DNA of 64,000 nt from Mobula hypostoma (taxonomy: Eukaryota). Positions 35,460 through 47,889 of this stretch are shown here, in pieces; positions within the stretch are counted from its first letter, which is position 1; each line of letters opens with the position of its first letter. Where the stretch lies: NCBI RefSeq assembly GCF_963921235.1, contig NC_086097.1, forward strand, positions 117,182,001-117,246,000, written 5' to 3'. A program made the position numbers and the translations under genes. The notes beneath the pieces are model-generated. The model had not been told where the DNA came from and searched no databases. It saw nothing but the letters and a program-made list of their open reading frames with translations.

Positions 35460-35895
35460 TCACCCAGCAATCCCCAGATTTAACCCAGCCTATTCACTGG
35501 ACAATTTACCATGACCATAAGACCATAAGATTCAGTAGCAGAAGTAGGCCATTCAGCCCATCGAGTCTGCGCCATTCAATCATGGGCTGATCCACTTCAA
35601 CTGGTCGTCCCCACTCCCCTGCTTTCACCCCATACCCTTTGATGCCCTGGCTAATCAACAACCTCGCCATCTCTGCCTTAAATACACCTAATGACTTGGT
35701 GAACTAATGACCAACTAATCTACTCTATGGTACGTCTTTGGACTGTGGAAGAAGTCGGTGCACCCGGAGCCAACCCACGCGGTCACGGGAAGAAGATGCA
35801 AACTTCTTACTGATGGCATCGGAATTGAACTCATAACTCCAAAGTCCCGAGCTGTGACAGAGTCACACTAATGGCTACACTACTGTGGTGCTGTG
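35460..35895 (-). mobile_element. V-domain SINE with a CR1 3' fragment (35513-35700) inserted
   Basis: SINE body resumes at atgaccaactaatctac. The CR1 piece begins with the (GACCATAA)n tail. Confidence 0.65.
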
Positions 35896-36481
35896 GTTAC
35901 GAGTGAAACTAGAGGGTGAAGCGAGTATGGGACAAGCAGGCTGTGGACAAGCGGGTTTGAATTCAACGTTTCAGAGAAGTTGGGTAAAGTCATGGATGGG
36001 TTGGGGAGGCAATGGAGGCAATGGATCAGGTGCAGGTCGATGGGAGTAAACAGAGTAATAATTCAGCACCGACTACATGGGTCGATAGACCTGTTTATGT
36101 GCCGTGGTGATCTATGACCTACAGCTCTAACAAGCAGGAACAAGCAATCGCCCCGAATTCAGCCTTCACAAAGAAATCTTATGAATCTAAAATTGAATCC
36201 TACCATTGCAGCTTGTCAGTTTTAAGTTCTGCTATAACATACCTGGAAATTAAATGAAATACTATCTGGAAAATAGATATCAAGCCCGTTGGGTTCTCTG
36301 AAAAACCCAATAGGTTCAATAATATTCATTGGAACAAGAAGTCTGCCTCCCACTCTTGGTTTACTCCATGTGTAACTGTAGCCTTACTTGTATCACAGTA
36401 ACTGAGACTTCATTGCTTCTGAGGATAGTGACCTTGACTTGTGTCAAACTACCTGCTCTGAATAACTGGAAATGAAAGATG

Positions 36482-37042
36482 CACTCTGTGGCCACTTTAT
36501 TGGGTATCTCCTGTACCTAATAAAGTGGCCGCTAGTGTTTGTTTCTGTTCTGCTGCTGCTGTAGTCCATCCGCTTCCAGAGTTGATCTGTTGCGCATTCA
36601 GAGCTGCTCTTTTGCACACCACTACTGTAACATGTGGTTATTTGAGTTACTGTCACTTTCCTGTCAGCTTGAAACAGTCTATCCTCCCCTAAGCTCTCTC
36701 ATTAACAAAGTGTTTTTCCCCACAGAACTGCCAGTCACCGGAAGTTTTCATTTTCTACATGATGCTCTGTAGACTCTAGTGATTGCTCTGTGTGAAAATC
36801 CCAGGAGATCAGCGGTTTCTGAGGTACTCAAAGCACCCCATCTGGCACCAACCAATCATTCCACAGTCAAAGTCATTTAAATCACATTTGTTCCCCATTT
36901 TGATATTTGATCTGAACAACTGAAGCTCTTGACCATGCCTGCATGCTTTTATGCATTGAGTTGCTGCAACATGATTGGCTGATTAGATATTTACATTAAC
37001 AAGCAGGTTTACAGGTGTACCTAATAAAGTGGCCATTGAGTG
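36482..37042 (-). mobile_element. Tc1-derived non-autonomous DNA transposon (TC1DR3-like)
   Basis: TIR CACTCA.TGGCCACTTTATTAGGTAC, TA at 37043. Remnant of the transposase paired-like N-terminus (…TVTQITT.Y.SGVQKS.SE…MDYSS). Confidence 0.85.
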
Positions 37043-37069
37043 TATATCATGTGGTCAGCCACATTAAGG

Positions 37070-38065
37070 AATGTGTGCTTGCAACACTGTGTGTCCGACA
37101 AAGTGATCAGCAGCACTGGGGCTCCAAAGGGGATTGTCTTGTCTCCCTTTCTCTTCACCATTTACACCTCGGACTTCAACTACTGCACAGAGTCTTGTCA
37201 TTTTCAGAAGTTTTCTGATGACTCTGCCATAGTTGGATGCATCAGCAAGGGAGATGAGGCTGAGGGCTACGGTAGGAAACTTTGTCACAAGGTGTGAGCA
37301 GAATTATCTGCAGCTTAATGTGAAAAAGACTAAGGAGCTGGTGGTGGACCTGAGGAGGGCTAAGGCACTGGTGACCCCTGTTTCCATCCAGGGGGTCAGT
37401 GTGGACATGGTGGAGGATTACAAATACCTGGGGATACGAATTGACAATGAACTGGACTGGTCAAAGAACACTGAGGCTGTCTACAAGAAGGGTCAGAGCC
37501 GTCTCTATTTCCTGAGGAGACTGAAGTCCTTTAACATCTGTCGGACGATGCTATGAGTCTGTGGTGGCCAGTGCTATCATGTTTCCTGTTGTGAGCTGAG
37601 GCAGCAGGCTGAGGTAGCAGACACCAACAGAATCAACAAACTCATTCGTAAGGCCAGTGATGTTGTGGGGATGGAACTGGACTCTCTGACGATGGTGTCT
37701 GAAAAGAGGATGCTGTCCAAGTTGCATGCCATCTTGGACAATGTCTCCCATCCACTACATAATGTACTGGTTAGGCACAGGAGTACATTCAGCCAGAGAC
37801 TCATTCCACCAAGATGCAGCACAGAGCGTCATAGGAAGTCATTCCTGCCTGTGGCCATCAAACTTTACAACTCCTCCCTTGGAGGGTCAGACACCCTGAG
37901 CCAATAGGCTGGTTCTGGACTTACTTCTTGGCATAATTTACATATTACTATTTAATTATTTATGGTTTTATATTGCTATATTTATACTCTATTCTTGGTT
38001 GGTGCAACTGTAACAAAAACCAATTTCCCTCGGGATCAATAAAGTATGACTATGACTATGACTAT
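37070..38065 (+). mobile_element. Young Rex1/Babar-type LINE, 5'-truncated
   Basis: STGAPKGIVLSPFLFTIYTSD…QKFSDDSAIVG, YKYLGIRID…, SFLPVAIKLYN. AATAAA followed by (TGACTA)n. Confidence 0.85.
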
Positions 38066-39289
38066 TACTCAAGGTGCTTTGCTGAGACATCTGCATGCTG
38101 AAAATGAATTGAAGTGGCATCTTAATGATTTTTTATTCTATCCTGTTCTGATACATTGACAACGCAGCCTGTAGAGTTACTGTCTCACAACATCTGTCTG
38201 CATGTTCTCCTTCTGACTGTGTTGGTCTCCTTTAGATCTCCTAGTTTCCTTCTACAAGCCAAATACAAACACTTTGATAGGTTATTTGATTGCTGCTAAT
38301 TCCCCCCGGCATGAATGTTGGTGGTAGAATCTCAAACTTCAATCTTCAAAGTAAATTTAAGATTTTTTCCATTTTTTCAGCCTTTATTAATTGATAGTAC
38401 CATGTCCTGCTCTCTCCTGCTACTCGATACAGAGTATATATTATCAGTATCATTGATGCTAATTGTATACCCTATATCAGATCACTGAACATCAATATCT
38501 TTGGGAAAAAAAATCTTTGGAGGTGATGAATTCCATCCTGCAAAAAATGCTTTTCTTAATTTTAAAGTCCAGGGTAATAAATAATATTAACATGTATTCA
38601 AAGTTCAAGGTAAATTTATTATGAAAGTACATGTATGTCACCATATACTAGCTTGAGATTCATTTTCATGCAGGCATTGACAGAAGAACAGAAAAACACA
38701 ATAGTAATACTGAGAACATGAGTTGTAGAGTTCTTGAAAGTGAGTCCATAGGTTGTGGAATCAGTTCAGAGTTGTGGTGAGTGAAGTTATCCATGCTGGA
38801 TCAGGACTGAAGAGTAATTACTGTTCCTGAATATGTGGTGTGGGACCGAAGGCTCTTGTACCTCCTTCCTAAAGGCAGCAGTGAGAAGGGAGGATGGATT
38901 GGATGGTGAGGGGACTATAGATGGGATTAGTGTATCATGTGCTTGATAGTTGGCACAGATTTGGTGTCTGAAGGGCCTTTTTCATTATTATGTGTTAATA
39001 TGTCTCCCTCCTTCATCCTAACTGAAGAAAGGGATGTGATTTTTTAAATATACATTATCGGCCTCCAGTAACTGAGAGTTTTTGATTTATAATGACTTTT
39101 TAAAATATCCATAATAAGTCATAGTATTCAATGCTATGATATATAAATTCATAACTTTGTTGGAATATTTCTTGCAATTGAAGGAATAAGGTTTTACCTG
39201 CAGTATGAGTGATATTAAAACTTGAGTAATAAATCTTTTTAACTGCTGTATATTCAGCAAACTCAGTGATTAAAAAATTATTTAAAGAT

Positions 39290-39505
39290 ATACCACAATA
39301 ATAGGCTCTTCTGGCCCAATGAGCTTGTGAACCCAACTACGCCAATGTGACCCATTAACTGATTAACCCAGACAACTTTTGAAGGTGGGAGGAAACCAGA
39401 GCACCCGGAGAAAACCCAGGCGATCACTGAGAGTATGTACTAACTCCTTACAGACAAAGGCAGAATTTGAACCCTGTGATTGTGTTATGGTAACTGCTCC
39501 ACTGC
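39290..39505 (-). mobile_element. V-domain SINE, degenerate
   Basis: gtgggaggaaaccagagcacccggagaaaaccca…actccttacagac. Confidence 0.6.
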
Positions 39506-40589
39506 CATTGTCAGAACAGCAAAGCTGCAGAAGTTTCATCTTGGATTTTTCTCATGCTTGTCAACTTGTTTCAATAAACAGACCAGAGGATTAAGACTTT
39601 TAACTTTGGGTTGATTGTGAATGGAACAGAACAGTGGGAGCAGAATACAATTCCCTCACCCAAGGAATATATTACGCACAAACTCGATCTGCAAGTCAAA
39701 TGTTCTTCATAACTAAGACAAAATAATTGCAGAACTAGTGTGAAAGAGCAGAAGAGTGAGGTGAAAAAGAGATGGTGTTGGCGTGATGTGACAAGCGGTC
39801 TCCATCTGTGCGCATTGTCCTTGTGCTTCTCTTGTCAGTTCTGGACCAGCCTGAGAGGCGCCCTGCACAGAACAATGTGTGCTGCTCCGCTGAGAGTAGA
39901 GACATGGTGGATCCTGATGCTTTTACCATCCGAAGGTTCTTCACAAGTTAAGAATGAGCATGAAGCGTGTTGCTAATGGACATTTTATTTGGCGTTACAA
40001 GAACAAAGAAGAAAAAGGGAGAAGGAGCACGAGGAGGGAGAATGAAGAAAGTCCAGGTTGGGGGGGGGGGGGATGGGGAATAGCAAAGAAAGGTGTTCTG
40101 GTCTTCCTAACATTAAAAAGTCAGATAGTCAGATTCAAGCAATAGGATACCCAACAGGAAAACCAAGTTTCAGAAAAAATACAGAAGCAGCTGTGACTAC
40201 TGAAGCACTGACTGAACAGTTGCACATACAGTATATAACTATACATGTGGAACTTTAAGCTCCATTTTCTGTTGGGTTGACTCATGCAGTGCATAGAAAA
40301 ACTGGAACCAACACCACAGATTGCAATTGAAGAGCACGGCCAATGTTCACACCTTGCATGATTTCACCTGTAAAATACTGCTAATGTGATTTACTCTGGG
40401 TAACATTGATTTTCCATTGTATTACACCTAAGCAAAACAATTGTAAGATTCAATTTGCCAGCATTTGTAATCTGCACAAGACCCGATTAATTTCTTTCCA
40501 GTTAACATCAATTGGCGTATGATAAAACACAATGCTGAAGTTCTTGTTAAACATTTGCAGCCACTTAGGTTGGAATCTATTTCTCTGTA

Positions 40590-40922
40590 AAGATTATTAG
40601 CTTTATTTGTCACATATATCACAAGATCAACCATATAATGAAACTCGTCATTCCCTTCAACGACCAACACATTTTTCGATGAGCTAGGGGGCAGCCTGCA
40701 GGTGTCACCGTGCTTCTGGTACCAATTTAGCATGTGACTGCTTACTAACCCTAACTCAGCAGTCCTTTGGAATATGGGAGGAAACCGATGCACTTGGAGG
40801 AAATCTACAGAGTCATATGGAGAACGTCCAGTCTCCTTAAAGCAGTGACATGAATTCAGTCCAGATGGTTCTTACAGCAGCTTCTATAAAGGATTGCATG
40901 AGCCATAGTGTTACCATGCCAC
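40590..40922 (-). mobile_element. V-domain SINE (subfamily ending …acaaataaagctaat)
   Basis: ttagctttatttgtcaca…tttggaatatgggaggaaaccgatgcacttggaggaaa…ttaccatgccacc. Confidence 0.6.
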
Positions 40923-41346
40923 CTACATATAATATAAACTCACTTTGTTTCCTAAAATGTATTCACTCAAATAATAAAACAGAGCACAGCCAATTTTAGT
41001 GATAGAATGTGCAGTGTGCTCTTTGTAATAAGTGCACTAATATGTGAAATTAAACTTGTTCATTTTGAGTTGCGGGTACAGCTAAGAGATGTGACTTAAC
41101 ATTGGTTACATTGCAAGGATCTACCCCTTGGTAATAATGATCAGTTAGACACAGAGAAAATCTGTATTGACTGACAAATGCCTTTATTGTCTCAACTAAA
41201 AAGCACGATGGTCCGCAAACTAACTAATTGTGTGTGCACACCCACTGGGATTCCCTGACTCTCCATCACCAGGCAATGAAGAGAAAAGGTATTACCCTGG
41301 AAAGGAGCCTATGCTGGCCAGGTGTTCCTCGTGGTCCCAATCTAAT

Positions 41347-41425
41347 CTCCACGAGTCTGACGTGGAAGTCCTCCACGAGTCTGATGTGGAAGTCCTCCAT
41401 GTGTCTGATGTGGAAGTCCTCCACA
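41347..41425. repeat. 24-bp tandem repeat, about 3.3 copies, each unit self-complementary
   Basis: CTCCACGAGTCTGACGTGGAAGTC / CTCCACGAGTCTGATGTGGAAGTC / CTCCATGTGTCTGATGTGGAAGTC / CTCCACA. Confidence 0.9.
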
Positions 41426-43169
41426 TCTGTGGTGGTTGGTCTCTGGAGAGTTGTCACTTCCTTGCATTTGAAGCTGCTTACTTTCAAAAACTTATCATCA
41501 TTTCAAATGTTGTATTTCTCTCTAGTTGGCTCAAGGTCACCTGACTGACCTTCTTGTTGGCTCTGGTCCAGGGCTACAACCAACATTGTCCGATGGCCTT
41601 TGCCCTTGGCCTCATACTTCTGTTCTTTTCAACTCTGACTGGTTCAAACCAGGTATACCAGGTGACCCAGACACTGAGTCTAATGAGATTACAGATTGCT
41701 TCTCCTGCAAGCCTGCCACTTTGTATAATAAAAAGCTATTTGTCTGAGAATGGTTTCAGGTTTAGCAGGTTCTTAGCTGAAACTGCTTGTGTCCACATTC
41801 AATTGCTTTGATCAAGTCATCCCAGAGCAAGAATCAGTTATTCAAACAGTTCACAAAGTGTCGGCTGCAAGTACAGTTTCACAAAATGGCCACCTCCAAT
41901 CCTGTTCACTGATAGTAATTTTTTTTCTGGACAGCAGTTACTCCCGTCTTTATCCTCTAGGCAACCTAATTGTCTCTCTTGTTGCTTACATAGAAAGAAG
42001 TCATCTACTTTTCTCTGTTCATGTCAGTAAGTGTTATTTTGTAGGTAACTAGCATCTTTGTTATTGAATCTAATAATGAATATAAAACAAATTAATCATC
42101 ACCACACCATGGAACCAACTGCTTTAGGATTTACTCACTAAAAGACCAAGACCTAAGTAGAATCCACTAGTAAAGTCTACAAAATCACTACCCGTGTCAT
42201 TTGTCTTTCAATAAACCAAACAACTTCAGTAAAAATAACCTCTCTAACATGTGTTACATTACTTAGGCAGTTGTTTTGGATAGAATTTAACTCTACACGG
42301 GCCCTCATCTCCTAGTGGAGCATAGGCCATTGCCCACATCCCGCCCATTGTCCTCTGAAGTCGATGGTTTCGTTGGAGTTCATCAACACCATTGCAATCC
42401 ATGCCATCCACTGTACAGGGGATTGGCCTCTACAGCTTCACCAGAGCCCTGTGCACCGGACTTACCTGCTTCCAACTCTCATAATGGGGACAGAGGATTG
42501 GGTTTAGGAGGTGACAAAGTTTAAGGCCTCAGAAAATTAATTTTACTAAAAGCATTATTTGAAAATTTTAGGAAAGCTTTTATGTTGTTTAAAATATTAA
42601 TGCACAACAAAATGCCTTTCTCCAAACTATAGCCCAATTTTATTGACAATTTTATCAGTCCTGCTTTTAATTACAACTTTGGCTCCATAACAAAGTCTTC
42701 AGTGTCTGGGATCTCATAGTGGAGAAATGAGATAACATGCTGTATGAATTCAAAATAAAAACAGTTTTTATTTAGTTATGCACCAGATAGTTTTATATTA
42801 AGTCTCGGAATTTCGTACAAAATACTCAGAAAATGAAACGGTTTCCTACAATTAACATTCTACTACAATTATAATGATTTTTTGTCCAGTTTTTGAAAGA
42901 TATTTCCATTATAAAGTAATTACATAGAAACACTTAAATACAGGTTGTTTGTATAATTCTTCTATTGCAAATAATTCCATCAAAGAAACATAAGTATTTA
43001 GCTGAATAAGTATCAATTATAACATGAGGGTTAAGGAGAAAAAGTCTAGTCTTGAGCCATTAAATTAATCTGCATGAAAAAAAATTAAATTTAAGATGTT
43101 GTTTTCCAGAACAGTTTTAAAGAGCAACCTTGAAGTCAAGAACATGAAGTTGACAAATGATTGTATTTA

Positions 43170-43415
43170 ATTTTATTTAGATATATAGTATAGAGCAGGC
43201 CCTTCCGACTCAACGAGCCTCTTTGTCCAGCAACTGACCAATTTAACACTAACCTAATCACATGACTATTTACAATGACCAATTAATCTACCAATTGGTA
43301 CGTTTCTGGAGCGTGGGAGTAACTCAGAGCACCCAGTGGAAACCCACGCACTAATGGGAAGGATTACAAACTTCTTACGGAGGCACTGGAATAGAACTCC
43401 CAACTCCCAACTCTG
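43170..43415 (-). mobile_element. V-domain SINE, degenerate
   Basis: tttacaatgaccaattaatctacc…cagagcacccagtggaaacccacgc…aaacttcttac. Confidence 0.6.
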
Positions 43416-43765
43416 ATCATCTGCCTTAGCTTCACACCCAGTCCTCTCTTTAACTTCCTGTCACCAATCCACAATTATGTGCAGGATCAAATGAAAAAGA
43501 CAATAATTTTCAATCTCTATAAGGAATTGCATTATATTCAGTTTAGGAAGATGGAGTAAATAGTAGCTCTTCACAAAATGAAAAAGGGAGTGTTATTGTA
43601 ACAAGATGATCTCACAGTAATAATGGCTAAATATGTGTATCCCATAAATTTTACATCTGGCAATTATGTTAACTAGTTTGGACTAGCATGATTAGGGTTT
43701 AGTGTATAACAAAAGGAAAAAAAAATGTAAATGGAATGAGCTTTAGATGAGTAACGTTAGCATGT

Positions 43766-43845
43766 CAGGGACTCCCAACACTTTTTATGCCATGGGCCCC
43801 TCCCATTAACTGAGGGTCCCATGGACCCCGGAATGGGAACCCCTG
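43766..43845. mobile_element. 80-bp hAT (Charlie-like) MITE
   Basis: Termini CAGGGACTCCCAAC … ATGGGAACCCCTG resemble the CAGGGGTTCCCAA TIR. An 8-bp TSD is not recognisable on the left. Confidence 0.55.
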
Positions 43846-44061
43846 ACTTAGATGAAATCTGCTAAAAGTTACACTAGAATCTCACACTGGAACTAATGGG
43901 TGCAAGGATTTGGAATAATAGGATATTCCCCACCCATTGCCTAACAAAAAATGGATGGAATGTAGTGGAAAAATGTACTACAGGATGAAGATTTCAAAGA
44001 CTTGGGTGAAGATTTTTTTGGTAGAGGACCCATAGGCCGATTAATCTTGTGCAAATATAGA

Positions 44062-44392
44062 GATTAGAGATTAGCTTTATTTGTCACATGTACATCAAAG
44101 CATCACAGCATACAGAGAAATGCATCATTTTGTGTCAACAGCTAACACAGTCCACAGATTCTACTGGGAGCAGCCTGCAAATGTCACCATGCTTCCAGTG
44201 CCAACATGTTAGCTCACTGACACTAACTCTGTCAGTGCATTTCTGGAATGCGGAGGAAAACCAGAGCACCTGGAGGAAACCCTCATGGTCATGGGAAAAA
44301 TGCACAACGATGGCAGTGGGAATTGAACCCCAGTTACTGATCACTTTTGTTGTAAAGCAATTGCGCTAACTGCTATATAACTGTGCCACCCA
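44062..44392 (-). mobile_element. V-domain SINE
   Basis: gattagctttatttgtcacatgtacatc…gaaaaccagagcacctggaggaaaccc…gggaattgaacccc…ctgtgccaccc. Confidence 0.65.
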
Positions 44393-44964
44393 TGGGGGGA
44401 AATAGGGGGAAATATCACAGCACTGACCTCTGAGACACAGTGTTTATAGACGGAAATTAATAAAGATGGATTCACTCTTTGCATTCCTGAGCTGGACAAA
44501 GTCCTGGTTGATTAACAACTTTAATTTAACAGAGGAAACAAAACAACGCAAATAACTTGTACCATAGTTATCCATTATCTATGCAAATGAAAAAGGATAA
44601 TTGTATTACTCAAAAAAACATTGTCCAATTTTTCAAAAATATACCATAACTGTTAATTCTCAAATTGGTAGTTGGTCCTTATAATAATTTGTATGACTTT
44701 ATGTCATGATTATGTAAGATTGGCAGGCTAGAGGCACTACAGTCATTAGTGGTCAGATGAGGAGAGTTTGATATGTGTGCATGGTTTTGCCAAATAAGTA
44801 ATAATTGTCACTTAACATATACTGTTCAAGATTCCACAAGGATAAACAATGAGGAAATTATTGTTTATCTAGGTTGGTGGGAATTACCTGTGGCAATAAC
44901 AAGTGAGGATTACAACATGGTGGATAAATTCCAAAGTGCCTGGCTTCTGTCACTAGCATTACCG

Positions 44965-46010
44965 CTTCCCACTTTGTCTCCTGCAAAAATGCAATTCCCT
45001 TTTCTCAGTTCCTTCATCTCCATCACATCTGCTTCTAGGATGTGCTTGTCTTTCCATGACATCAGAGATGTCCTCAACCTTCAAAGAAGGGGGTTTACTT
45101 TCCTCCACCACTGATGTTGCCCTCATCCGCATCTCCTCCATTTTCCAAATATCTGTGCTCACCCCATCTTCCCACCATCTTAACCGTGATAGAGTTCCTT
45201 TCGTTCTTATCTACCACCCCATGGACTTCCACATTCAACACATCATCCTCCACAACTTCTGCCATCCTCAAAGAGATCCTACCACCAAACACATCTTTAC
45301 CTCCCTTCCTCCCTCCGCTTTCCGCAGGGATCACGCCCACTGTCATTCCCTTGTCACATTCATATCTGCTGGTGTCCGCTGCTCCTGATCAGGCCTCTTC
45401 TACATTGGTGAGGCACATTGCAAACTGGGTCACCGCTTCATCAAGCACCTCCACTCCATCCGGTAAAAGTGGAACTTCCAGGTGACCAAACATTTTAATT
45501 CCGATTCCCATTCATATTCCAACATGTCAGTCTATGGCCTCCTCTTGTACCACGATGAGGCCACCCTCAGGGTGGAGGACCAATACATTATATTCCATCT
45601 GGGTAGCTTCCAACCCATGAATACCAATTTCTCTTTCCAGTTAAAAAAGACCTTCTCCTTCGCCTCTTCTTCTATTCCCCATTCTGGCCATTTACTTCTT
45701 CTCACCTGCCTATCACCTGGGTCCTCCCCCATCTTCTTTCACCCTCCTCTTCTATCAGATTCCTTCCTCTCCAGCATTTTTTCTTTCCTTCTCTCATAGC
45801 TTCAGCTATCACCCTCTAATTATACTCCTTCCTCTCCCCCCACCTTTTTATTCTGGCGACTTCCCCCTTCCTTTCCAGTCCTGAAGAAGGTTTTGTCCAG
45901 AGCATCAACTGTTTATTAATTTCCATCGATACTGTCTGACCTGTTGAGTTCCTCCAGTATTTTGTTTGTGTTGCTTTTGATTTCTAGCATCTCCAGAATT
46001 TCTCTTATTT
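44965..46010 (+). mobile_element. Penelope-like element: RT C-terminus, GIY-YIG endonuclease remnant and pLTR
   Basis: …RDRVPFVLIYHP…; VRCS*SGLFYIGEAHCKLGHRFIKHLHSI (YIG at 45401); KHFNSDSHSYSNMSVYGLL. Degenerate hammerhead at about 45876. Confidence 0.8.
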
Positions 46011-46926
46011 ACATATTTTCCTAGTTGGATGTCTACTTGAAATTCCTAACCTACCATAACTAGACATTTGAAGTTTATTCTATGTCCTTATTTTTCCTTT
46101 TGACCAGTAAGTATTAGGGCCTACAGCTCTTTCCTTGCATTTAAAGATTCATTTTAGTTATCCCATGCACATTGAAACATTGAAACACATAGTGAAATAT
46201 ATTGTTTTGCATCAGAGATCAACACAGTTCAAGGATTGTGCTGGCGTCAGCCTGTTAAGTCTTGCCATGCTGCCAGTGCCAACTCACTAATTCAAACACC
46301 AGTCGTACACTTTGGAACAGAGCACCTAGAGGAAATTAATACAGTCACGGGAAGAATATACAAACTCTTTACAAACGTTGGCAGGAACTAAACCCCAATC
46401 GGTGATGACTGGCACTGTAAGGTGATTGCACTAACTGCTACGTTACTGTGAGGAGCTCCTTTTGCACAGCTCCTGGCCTTGTAGTTGATTAAAAACTCTC
46501 TAAAAATATTTCTCCAAACAAAAAACATCATTTCTGTAAGACAGATGCTATATATGACTACCTAATTCTGTAGTCCTATTTGTGCAGGGAATAATATTGG
46601 TTGTGTGGCATGGAGAAGACAGGTCTCTACCAAAGGAGGTGTAAGGCACTCGTTCCCTCCACTTGCTTTTTGAAAAATCCACCAAGAACAATTAAATTGA
46701 TCATGGAAAGTCCGTGATCGCCACATCAATATGACAGGGCACATAATGAATTAACAAATAATATTGGGAGATTGTGAAAATCGAGTGGCTAGTTTAGGTA
46801 CGATATTTGGTATGTATTGTTTTTCTTATTGTCACTGTTAAGGGATTGAGGAACGTTAATAAGTGTTGAGACAGAGATAACAGTTGTTCTTCAACTGCTG
46901 TGGCTGAATCTGGCCTGCCAACTTTC

Positions 46927-47054
46927 CTGACGAAGGGTCTCGGCCTGAAACGTCGACTGCACCTCTTCCTAGAGACTCTGCCTGGCCTGCTGCGTTCACC
47001 AGCAACTTTTATGTGTGTTGCTTGAATTTCCAGCATCTGCAGAATTCCTGTTGT
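46927..47054 (+). mobile_element. 128-bp PLE pLTR insertion beginning at the hammerhead core
   Basis: CTGACGAAGGGTCTCGGCCTGAAACGTCGACTG…; perfect 12-bp TSD CTGCCAACTTTC at 46915-46926 and 47055-47066. Confidence 0.85.
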
Positions 47055-47889
47055 CTGCCAACTTTCTGCCAAAAAATCATGTATTAAGTAGACTGGCTAT
47101 ATCAATTTTCTAAGAGATACCTCAATCATCTCAAGTGCTACCAATTCAGAGCAACAGATCTGCTAGGTCACGCAAGCAAAATGCAGAAGCTGTATTTGGA
47201 CTCTGTTGTCACAACACTACACCTTTGTTAATTGATTTTGTGTTGAGAGAATGCAACGTTTTGTATAATTTTACATTGTTTTTTCCTTGGCTTTCCTTAA
47301 CCTAACTTATCAGTTACATATATTTGTGACCTAAGTCTCCCTGTTATATCCTTGCAACTCCTTTAAATTGTGCCATTTGTTAAAACCCACATCTCTCATT
47401 CTTCTGAGCAAAATGTTCTGCCTCAAGATTTTCTGCTTTATGTTCACCTGCCGCGTCTAACCAAAAGGAACAGCTGTGTCACATTAGATGACAATATTAA
47501 TCATTCAGATGTAAAGAACTGATGAAAGAATACATGTCAAAAAGAAGACATCAAAAATGAATGTAAAAGTGAACTTGAATTGTAGAAGGTTAAGAAGGTC
47601 ATTGTGTCTTTCTAGACTACCATCAGAATGACAAAAATATTATTACCGGATGTGTCAAGTGTACATGGAGAAAAGGCAACATAGTTTGCATGGAAGGTTT
47701 TTGAGTTTAAGTTTTGGTGTATCAGTGAACTGCTGTTTATGTTCTTGTAACCACTCCTTAAATCTCAGAGGTTGAAGGAGTTGAAAGTGAAGAGATTACT
47801 CGATACTTACATCAGGTTCTCTCAGACTTTTCTTAAGGTTTGCACATTTACATTTGTCTAAGCTTAAACCCCCTTACTGAAGACGTGTT

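Noticed and set aside
41347..41425. CRISPR-like array of palindromic repeats
   Set aside because: Units are head to tail with no unique spacers, there are no cas genes, and the context is vertebrate.
41228..41548. ORFs with repeated peptides (HESDVEVL…)
   Set aside because: They result from a 24-bp repeat that is open in several frames on both strands. No splice or homology support.
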